The notes under the pieces: generated by a model | What the model was told of the DNA's origin: nothing | The model's input: the letters and a program-made list of their open reading frames with translations, nothing else | Database searches by the model: none | NCBI GenBank assembly: GCA_963767275.1 | Contig: CAVYDL010000006.1 | Span: forward strand, 296,379-360,378 | From: an uncultured delta proteobacterium | GTDB taxonomy: Bacteria > Desulfobacterota > Binatia > UBA9968 | Reading direction: 5' to 3' | Length of the DNA: 64,000 nt | Shown here: piece by piece, positions 57,167-64,000 of the stretch | How positions within the stretch are numbered: position 1 is the first letter of the stretch | Layout: every line of letters begins with the position of its first letter | Made by a program: the position numbers and the translations under genes

Positions 57167-58168
57167 TCAGTTCTTCTTTTGCAACTGTTTGAAGAAGCCT
57201 TCCTTCTCCAGTTCCTTTAAGAATCGGGTATCGACAAAGTCCTCGGGTTTTTTATTTTTCACCGCGGGCAGGCGGGTGGCAACCTCGTCCATCGCATTGC
57301 GAATGCCTTCCAGGTTGGGCATCGCGCTATAATCGGTCACTTGCAAGAAACTCTTGTGCGTCGCTTCAAGAATCTCCGGATCGTTGGTCTTGAGATACTT
57401 GGTGATGGTCTTCTTGGTTTCGTCTTTATGCGTAGCGGCGTAGTGCACTGCTTCGATGAAGCCCTTCAAGAAATTCTTAACCACCAGCGGTTGTTCACGG
57501 TTGAAGCGCTCGGTGGTCTCGATCACCAATTGCGGATAGGGGATGCCGAGATCGGCGATGTTCACGAGTATCGACAATCCTTGTTTCTTCGCCGTCAGGT
57601 CGAGGGGGGGAGAGACCAAGGTTGCATCGAGAGATCCCGCCGCAACTGCTTGCAAACGGCTCGGCTGAGTACCGCCTTGTAAAATTACCAAATCCTTCAC
57701 CGGGTCTAGACCGTAGCGTTTGACCACCAGGCGCATGGCGGTATCGGTGCCGGAGCCGAAACGGCTGATGCCGACCTTTTTGCCCTTGAGTTGGTTCCAG
57801 GTGGTGATCGACTTGGCGGCGACTACGCTGTAGGGCAGTGTGTTGACCATCGCCGCGATGATGATGGTGTCGGCGCCCTGGCTGCGCGAGGCGATGGTGG
57901 TGGGACCGGAATTGATCGCGAAACTCACTTCGCCTGAGCGGGCCACTTGGGCCAGGGTGGAGCCTGATTCGAATAGCACCACTCGCGCATCGACACCATA
58001 TTTGCGCCATAGACCGGTATCTTGGGCCAAGTAAGCGTAAATCAGATTGACAGCCGGACCGGCGACGCCGATCATCACCGGGTTTTGGGCGTGCGTCGGA
58101 CGCGGCGCGATTAAGATAAGCACGGCTAGAGTAAGGGATTGAAAAAACTGTCTAGTAGAATTCCTCAC
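57167..58168 (-). CDS. NMT1/THI5-like ABC transporter substrate-binding protein (orphan), paralogue 3
   Basis: ORF 57167..58213. Likely GTG start at 58168, 6 nt after AGGGAG (plus-strand CTCCCT at 58175-58180). Signal peptide VRNSTRQFFQSLTLAVLILIAPRPTHA. Conserved C-terminal tail FLKELEKEGFFKQ. Confidence 0.7.
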   Translation of the reverse strand: MRNSTRQFFQSLTLAVLILIAPRPTHAQNPVMIGVAGPAVNLIYAYLAQDTGLWRKYGVDARVVLFESGSTLAQVARSGEVSFAINSGPTTIASRSQGADTIIIAAMVNTLPYSVVAAKSITTWNQLKGKKVGISRFGSGTDTAMRLVVKRYGLDPVKDLVILQGGTQPSRLQAVAAGSLDATLVSPPLDLTAKKQGLSILVNIADLGIPYPQLVIETTERFNREQPLVVKNFLKGFIEAVHYAATHKDETKKTITKYLKTNDPEILEATHKSFLQVTDYSAMPNLEGIRNAMDEVATRLPAVKNKKPEDFVDTRFLKELEKEGFFKQLQKKN

Positions 58169-58323
58169 ATGTTTCTCCCTATGAATATTCGCTAGCAACC
58201 ACTCCGGGTCCACTCCTAGTCAAATGAGCACCTCTGTCGCTCGGTGGCAAAACAGCGTGGCAAATTCGTAACAGTTTAGCGAAATGCCGCAGCTTCTGAA
58301 AGAACCAATCGTATAGCGCCAAA

Positions 58324-58749
58324 TCAATACCCGTCTAGTAGGGAATCGGTGGCATTTAGGATCCAGGCGCTGCCGTGTTGGGTGAAACCGATCTTCGGGT
58401 AATAATCGACGGCTTTGGGTGCGGCGAGCAACACCAGCATGGCTCCCGGCCCCATACGTGCGCGGGTTTGGTGAATGAGTTTAACGCCGATGCCGTGCCG
58501 CTGATGCGACGCGCGCACAGCGAGATCGGCCAGATAGCCGACGTAAGCGAAATCGGTCAGCGCGCGAGCGATCCCGACCATCGCTTCGCCATCCCACGCG
58601 GTGACCACCAGGTTAGCGTGCTCCAACATATTTTTCATGGTTGCCCGATTATCCACCGGACGACGCTCGCCAAGTGTCGAGGCACGATAGAGCTCGACGA
58701 CCTGGTCGAGATCGAGGTTGTTGCCGTAACGATAATCTATTTTATTCAT
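58324..58749 (-). CDS. GNAT-family N-acetyltransferase
   Basis: 141 aa with acetyl-CoA binding motif A (QRHGIGVKLI) and GNAT core topology. Confidence 0.8.
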   Translation of the reverse strand: MNKIDYRYGNNLDLDQVVELYRASTLGERRPVDNRATMKNMLEHANLVVTAWDGEAMVGIARALTDFAYVGYLADLAVRASHQRHGIGVKLIHQTRARMGPGAMLVLLAAPKAVDYYPKIGFTQHGSAWILNATDSLLDGY

Positions 58750-58867
58750 AATTCGGCCTTTTCATGCGCTCCTGTTCGATATCTAAGTCGAGTCCGCGCT
58801 GCTTGCAAATCCCCAAGTGCCATAGTTAATTGACAGTCTCACGTTTGATTAGGGTTAGGAGACATTC

Positions 58868-60542
58868 ATGGCAGACAATCTCAAGCCGCGCAGCGCAGTG
58901 ATTACCGATGGTCCCGACCGGGCGCCGACCAGGGCGATGCTCAAGGCGGTGGGTTTTTCCGACGAAGATTTACGCCGGCCGATCATCGGCGTGGCTAATA
59001 CCTGGATCGAAATTGGCCCGTGCAACTATCACCTGCGCCGTTTGGCGGTCAAAGTGAAAGAGGGCATCCGCGCCGCCGGCGGCACGCCGATGGAGTTCAA
59101 TACCGTGTCGATCTCCGACGGTATCAGCATGGGCGTCGAAGGCATGAAGTGCTCGTTGATTAGCCGCGAGGTGATCGCCGATTCGATTGAATTAGTCGCA
59201 CGCGGCAATCATTTCGACGGTTTAGTTTGCCTCTCCGGTTGCGATAAAACCAATCCCGGCGTCGTCATGGCACTCGCGCGCCTCGATATTCCCGGTCTGG
59301 CGCTTTACGGCGGTTCCATCGCGCCGGGCCATTTGGCTGATAAAGATCTGACCATTCAAGATGTTTTCGAAGCGGTCGGCGCCTACGCGAGCAAGCGCAT
59401 CGACGCCGAGCAGTTTTTGGCCGTGGAAAACGCCGCCTGTCCAGGCGCGGGCGCCTGCGGGGGGCAGTTCACCGCCAACACCATGTCGACAGTGATGGAA
59501 TTTCTCGGCATCTCACCGATGGGCAGCAACGGGATCCCGGCGACGGTGGCGGAAAAAGATCAAGCGGCGTTCAACGCCGGCAGGCTGGTGATGGATTTAC
59601 TCAAGCGCGATCTGCGCCCGTCGATGATTCTTACGCGGAAGTCGATTGAAAACGCCATCGCGTCGGTGGCAGCCACCGGAGGATCGACCAACGCGGTGTT
59701 GCATTTGCTGGCCATCGCGCGCGAGGCCGGAGTGGAGCTGAACATCGACGATTTCGACAAGATCAGCGACCGGACGCCGCTCATCGCCGATCTCAAGCCC
59801 GGCGGACGGTTCGTCGCCAGCGATCTTTATCATGCCGGCGGCATTCAATTGGTGGCTAAACGCTTGATCGATGCCGGATTGATTCACGGCGATACGATCA
59901 CCGTTACCGGCGAGACGCTTGCCGCGGCGGCGGAGATGACCAAGGAAACTGTTGGACAGGAAGTGGTGCGCGCGGTCAACGATCCGCTCAAGGCCACCGG
60001 CGGTCTGGTAATCCTCAAAGGCAATTTGGCGCCGGAAGGCTGCGTCGTCAAAGTCGCCGGCCATGAACGGCTGACACATCGCGGTCCGGCGCGAGTCTAT
60101 GACCGCGAGGAAGACGCCTTCGCCGCTGTGCAGGCCGGCAAGATCAAAGACAACGATGTGGTGGTGATTCGCTACGAAGGTCCGAAGGGCGGACCGGGTA
60201 TGCGCGAGATGCTAGGCGTCACCGCGGCGCTCGTCGGCGCCGGGCTTGGGCGATTCCGTCGCGTTGCTGACCGACGGCCGCTTCTCCGGCGCGACCCATG
60301 GACTGATGGCGGGGCATGTCGCTCCGGAAGCCGCCCATGGCGGGCCCATCGCCGCGCTGCGCGACGGCGATTCGATCCTATTTGACATCAAGGCGCGGCG
60401 CTTGGACGTGGAGATCTCCGAGCAGGAATTGCAATCGCGCTTGAGCACCTGGAAAGCGCCGGAAGCTCGCTACAAGACCGGTGTCATGGCGAAATACGCC
60501 AAGCTCGTTTCGTCGGCGTCGGAAGGCGCGGTGACGCGGTGA
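58868..60542 (+). CDS. ilvD: Dihydroxy-acid dehydratase, with a +1 frameshift near the C-terminus
   Basis: IlvD/EDD blocks throughout ([24 protein letters not shown]...). The 58868..60385 frame derails after GAGLG. The correct continuation [17 protein letters not shown]...GAVTR* lies in ORF 60246..60542. An extra C at about 60251 explains the shift. Confidence 0.85.
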
Positions 60543-60574
60543 TGGAGATGGATCCACCGAGAACTCGTTCTGCT

Positions 60575-61576
60575 ATGAAGTCACAAATCAAAAGTTTGGC
60601 AGGTCTGACGATTTTGTTAATGGCTATTGCCGGTTGCGCCTTGCAAGAACGCAAACCTACTTACGAAGGTTGGAGCTTGTTAGCTACCATGCCCGTGCCC
60701 AATTCAGAGATCGCCGTGGCCGAGTTAATGGGCAAGATTTATGTCATTGGCGGTTATCCTTGGGATCGCAAGACGGTGGCAACGGTGCAGATGTACGATT
60801 CGGCGACCGACAAATGGCAGATCGTTGCGCCATTGCCGGTGCCGCTCAATCATGTGATGGCGGCGAGCGCCAACGGCAAAGTCTACGCTGTCGGCGGACA
60901 GACCAGTGAGAACAGCGAACCGGATAAAGCCGGTTTCGTCAATACGATTTACGAATACGATCCGGCGGCGAACCAATGGACGGCCAAGGCGCCGATGCCG
61001 ACCCGTCGCGGCGGCGGGGCCGCTGCCGTCGTCGATGGTAAAATCTACGTCGTCGGTGGCCGACCGCCGGGAGGCGCCGACTTCGCGGTTTACGATCCGA
61101 AAGCCAACGTTTGGAAAACCCTGCCCAACCTGCCGACGCAGCGAAATCACTTGGCTGCGGATGCCATCGACGGCAGGATTTATGTCGTCGGAGGACGTTT
61201 CGAAGGCGGCTTTCGCAGCGAACGAACCGATATCGTCGAAGTCTTCGATACCAAAACCAATCAATGGTCGAAACGGCGCTCGATGTTGCGGCCCCGCGGC
61301 GGCGTCAACGGCATCGCCGCCAACGGCTGCTTTCATTTGTTTGGTGGCGAAGGCAACCCGGAGCATCCTTATGGGATTTATGCCGATCATGACTATTACA
61401 ATCCGGTGACGGACAGTTGGCATCGGTTGGAAAACATGCCGATCCCCGTGCACGGCGTGACCGGCATGGCTTTCCTCAAAGGGCTAATCCATCTCACCGG
61501 CGGCGGCACGACCCAGGGCGGCAGCAGCGGCACGACGCTGCATCAGGTGTACAAGCCCCCCATGAGTTGCAAATGA
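60575..61576 (+). CDS. Kelch-repeat (beta-propeller) lipoprotein
   Basis: ORF 60539..61576. The ATG at 60575 gives the lipoprotein signal MKSQIKSLAGLTILLMAIAG-C. Kelch-like repeats recur (GKIYVIGG, GKVYAVGG, GKIYVVGG, GRIYVVGG). Confidence 0.75.
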   Translation: MKSQIKSLAGLTILLMAIAGCALQERKPTYEGWSLLATMPVPNSEIAVAELMGKIYVIGGYPWDRKTVATVQMYDSATDKWQIVAPLPVPLNHVMAASANGKVYAVGGQTSENSEPDKAGFVNTIYEYDPAANQWTAKAPMPTRRGGGAAAVVDGKIYVVGGRPPGGADFAVYDPKANVWKTLPNLPTQRNHLAADAIDGRIYVVGGRFEGGFRSERTDIVEVFDTKTNQWSKRRSMLRPRGGVNGIAANGCFHLFGGEGNPEHPYGIYADHDYYNPVTDSWHRLENMPIPVHGVTGMAFLKGLIHLTGGGTTQGGSSGTTLHQVYKPPMSCK

Positions 61577-61625
61577 CGATTTGTATATAATTTGTTCAAG
61601 GTTAAAAAAGTTCACGGCCGGAAAA

Positions 61626-61653
61626 GGGGAGGCGCAAGCCTCCCTTTTTATTT
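61626..61653 (+). terminator. Rho-independent terminator (GGGGAGGC-GCAA-GCCTCCCC + TTTTTATTT)
   Basis: Perfect 8-bp stem with a tetraloop at 61626-61645, then a T-run. About 50 nt after the Kelch gene stop. Confidence 0.75.
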
Positions 61654-61752
61654 CGGTAGTGAAATGTTTGACAGGTCGCCGGACGGTTCGATAGGTTACG
61701 TTCGGCCTAGAGCAGAGCAGGATTATTGCATGGAATAGAAGGAGATGAACTC

Positions 61753-62832
61753 ATGAGCCTTGACTACGTCAGCAATCAAGAAATTATTCAGGCGGCACAC
61801 CGCAATCTGCCGCAGGATGTGTGGGACTATCTCACCGGCGGCGCGGAGTCGGAGACCACCATGCGGCGCAATCGCTTGGGCTTCGACAGTTTGGGGTTGC
61901 GGCCGCGGGTACTGGTGGACGTATCGAAAGTCGACACGTCGTCGGCCTTTCTTGGTCAGAAGCTACGTATACCCGTGATGATGGCGCCGATCGGCTCGCT
62001 GCAAACGATCACGCCGGAAGGCGGCGTGGCGGTGGCCAAGGCGGCGGCGGAATTCGGCACGATGAACTTTGTCAGCTCGGTGACCCAGCCAAGCCTCGAA
62101 GATATCGCCGCGAGCACAAATCATCCGAAAATTTTTCAACTCTATATTCGCGGCGGCTTGGACTGGTGCGCCGAGATCGTTGGGCGGGTGAAGCAAGCGG
62201 GCTACATGGCGCTTTGCCTTACCGTCGACACGGCGCACTACAGCCGGCGGGAGCGGCCGCTGCTCAACCGCTGGCAGCCGCCGAGCCGCAGAACCGAGAC
62301 CGGGCGCATTTATCAGGCAATGCTCACATGGGAAATGGCCGATGCGATCAAAAAAATCGCCGGCATGCCGCTGATCATCAAAGGCATAGCCACGGCAGAG
62401 GATGCCAAGATCGCCGTCGATCACGGCGTCGATGTGATTTATATTTCCAACCACGGCGGGCGGCAGTTGGATCATGGACTGGGCACCATAGATACCCTGC
62501 CGGAGATCGCCGCCGCGGTCGGCGGTAAAGCAGAAATCGTTCTCGACGGCGGCGTGACCCGCGGTACCGACGTCGTCAAAGCATTGGCGCTGGGCGCCAA
62601 CGCGGTGACCATTGGCAAGCTGCAAGGCTGGGGTTTAGGCGCCGGCGGCAAAGACGGTTTGGTCAAGGTGCTCGAACTCTTGGAGGAGGAGATCGTCGTC
62701 GACATGGCGCTGATGGGCGTGACGCGCATCGATCAGATTACCTCTAAATATGTTTGCAAGGCGGCGCCGGTGACCTCCGCCCACGAGATGAGCGCTTTTG
62801 TTCATATTACCGGCAGCGGGCAGCTGCGTTAA
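61753..62832 (+). CDS. FMN-dependent alpha-hydroxy-acid dehydrogenase/oxidase, paralogue B
   Basis: The ATG at 61753 is 8 nt after AAGGAG. About 70% identical by eye to paralogue A at 30916..31983, with the same block order (SNHGGRQLDHG, LDGGVTRGTDVVKA). Confidence 0.85.
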   Translation: MSLDYVSNQEIIQAAHRNLPQDVWDYLTGGAESETTMRRNRLGFDSLGLRPRVLVDVSKVDTSSAFLGQKLRIPVMMAPIGSLQTITPEGGVAVAKAAAEFGTMNFVSSVTQPSLEDIAASTNHPKIFQLYIRGGLDWCAEIVGRVKQAGYMALCLTVDTAHYSRRERPLLNRWQPPSRRTETGRIYQAMLTWEMADAIKKIAGMPLIIKGIATAEDAKIAVDHGVDVIYISNHGGRQLDHGLGTIDTLPEIAAAVGGKAEIVLDGGVTRGTDVVKALALGANAVTIGKLQGWGLGAGGKDGLVKVLELLEEEIVVDMALMGVTRIDQITSKYVCKAAPVTSAHEMSAFVHITGSGQLR

Positions 62833-62947
62833 GACGATGCGATTTTTCTCGCCAGTTATGCTCGCGGTCGGCGACACTTCGACAACACCGGACAGTGAAG
62901 GTCGTTGCGGAAGATCAGGCGCGGTTATTTGTCGACGAACCACGGCT

Positions 62948-64000
62948 ATGCGGTTATTTACACTGCGTGCTGCGAGCATTCTCTCGCTCATCACGTTGGT
63001 TATCCTGGGCCACGCCCAGCTATTAACAGCTGCGGCGTTTCAGTTGCCTCAACTGCCGCAAATTCCCGGCTTGTCCGGAAAATCGGCGGACTGGCGGCAG
63101 TGGGACTCATTTTTTACCTTTGTCGTGAAGCGGGTCGGTCAGGATTTACCGGCGGACCTGAAAGATCCGTTAGGCGGCGCATTCCTCGATTCACGGTACG
63201 AATTGACCAGCGCCGTTGCGCCCGGGAGGGGCGGCGATCCGGTGCCGCAACTGTTTCTGAATGGTTGGAAAAGACTATCGCCGATCATGAACCAGGCGTT
63301 ACCGGTGTTACCGAAGCAGACCGCGAGCCTGTACGCCAATTTTATCGGTGCCGCGGATAAGCTTGCGGCAACCGGACCGGCCGGCGTGCAATCAGGAATA
63401 GTAAGCCTGTCGCCCGATGTTCTAACGGGCATGGCACGCATTATCGAGCCGACCGGCGGGACGAATCCTCTCGCCTATACCACCAGCGTCGATTCGAGTC
63501 TGCGCGCTCTGCTTGGCTTTGGCGCGCCAGGGTTCAAGCAGTCACGGTTGGATCGCCGTTTCCCCGAGGTGCGGGAAGCATCGCTCCTTGGTTCGTGGCT
63601 CGACCATCGCGCCTTCGCGGCAGAGTCGCCTGGGGGCAAGCCCAATCCGTGGGTGGTGCCCGATGGCAGCGAACTGCATTCTTACCTGATGAAAGTTAGG
63701 GGACTGCTGGAGGGGATGAGCGACAGGCTCGCTGTGAAATCCAAGCTTGGCGCCGAATATCTGCCGACTTATCGGCAGATTGTTTTTGCCGCGGCGTGGC
63801 AGGAAAGCTGCTGGCGCCAATTCATCAAGAAGGGAAACAGTGTAACTCCACTGGCCTCTACCACCGGAGATTTGGGCTTGATGCAAGTTAATCGCAACAC
63901 TTGGCGTAGCGTGTATGACATCAAAGAACTCGGTGGCGACATTCAATACAACGGCAATGCCGGAGGCGAGATACTGCTCTACTATTTAACTCGATATGCT
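62948..64000 (+). CDS. Secreted lytic-transglycosylase (SLT-domain) protein, 3' end truncated by window
   Basis: Open frame from the ATG at 62948 to the window end with no stop (351 codons). N-terminal signal peptide (MRLFTLRAASILSLITLVILGHAQLLTAAA). SLT catalytic block AAAWQESCWRQF...GDLGLMQVN at the C-terminal end. Not in the ORF track because no in-window stop. Confidence 0.6.
   Translation, partial: MRLFTLRAASILSLITLVILGHAQLLTAAAFQLPQLPQIPGLSGKSADWRQWDSFFTFVVKRVGQDLPADLKDPLGGAFLDSRYELTSAVAPGRGGDPVPQLFLNGWKRLSPIMNQALPVLPKQTASLYANFIGAADKLAATGPAGVQSGIVSLSPDVLTGMARIIEPTGGTNPLAYTTSVDSSLRALLGFGAPGFKQSRLDRRFPEVREASLLGSWLDHRAFAAESPGGKPNPWVVPDGSELHSYLMKVRGLLEGMSDRLAVKSKLGAEYLPTYRQIVFAAAWQESCWRQFIKKGNSVTPLASTTGDLGLMQVNRNTWRSVYDIKELGGDIQYNGNAGGEILLYYLTRYA

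Noticed and set aside
62905-63360. 151-aa ORF from the track at the window end
   Set aside because: A different frame starting at 62948 is open to the window edge, carries a signal peptide and a clear SLT-domain block. The tracked ORF is the overlapping wrong frame.

Overview
This is a GC-rich (about 60-65%), gene-dense bacterial chromosomal segment with no rRNA, tRNA, CRISPR array or recognisable IS/transposase. Coding content is mostly housekeeping and catabolic. In order along the window:
- a UbiD-family decarboxylase;
- a 1211-aa AsmA/DUF748-like envelope protein next to an MlaC homologue;
- an MFS transporter;
- a VOC/glyoxalase-family protein;
- an ornithine-cyclodeaminase-family enzyme;
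- a HEAT-repeat protein plus an M24 peptidase;
- a three-gene (archaeal-style) acyl-CoA carboxylase operon (carboxyltransferase, biotin carboxylase, BCCP);
- a pyruvoyl-dependent arginine decarboxylase, tatA-tatC, an HDAC-like amidohydrolase, fabF-fabH and pncB;
- a PaaA-like diiron protein with etfB-etfA;
- two paralogous FMN-dependent alpha-hydroxy-acid dehydrogenases, about 30 kb apart;
- an Fe3+/polyamine-type ABC importer, a DppA-hydrolase-DppBC cluster with no ATPase genes, and three paralogous orphan NMT1/THI5-like binding proteins;
- MmgE/PrpD, a PqqC-like protein, a gentisate-dioxygenase-like bicupin, pyruvate kinase, an amidohydrolase-2 protein and an LLM-class oxidoreductase;
- a CheB-CheR-PAS fusion followed by a hybrid histidine kinase;
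- a GNAT acetyltransferase, ilvD, a Kelch-repeat lipoprotein and a 3'-truncated SLT-domain gene.
The most notable observations are:
(1) A glutaredoxin-like/DinB fusion gene whose N-terminal redox motif reads P-G-[TGA]-S-S-C in frame, with a SECIS-like hairpin about 17 nt downstream. This is a candidate selenoprotein.
(2) An approximately 840-bp AT-rich structured noncoding island (14106-14949). It contains a near-consensus sigma70 promoter, a strong SD plus a 13-codon ORF, and an intrinsic terminator (candidate small RNA). It also holds a MITE-like element with 21-bp terminal inverted repeats and overlapping TACAG/CTGTA operator-like palindromes.
(3) Frameshifts clustered in short tracts: fabH (4) and the adjacent pncB (2), ilvD (1), and a dihydroxyphthalate-decarboxylase-like gene (2). 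These indicate local indel errors in the assembly or pseudogenisation, not random genome-wide error.
(4) Recurrent intergenic palindromes: GGGCGGGTTTCAAACCCGCCC (two copies), GTTCAAG-rich elements (three loci), and an 83-bp inverted repeat.
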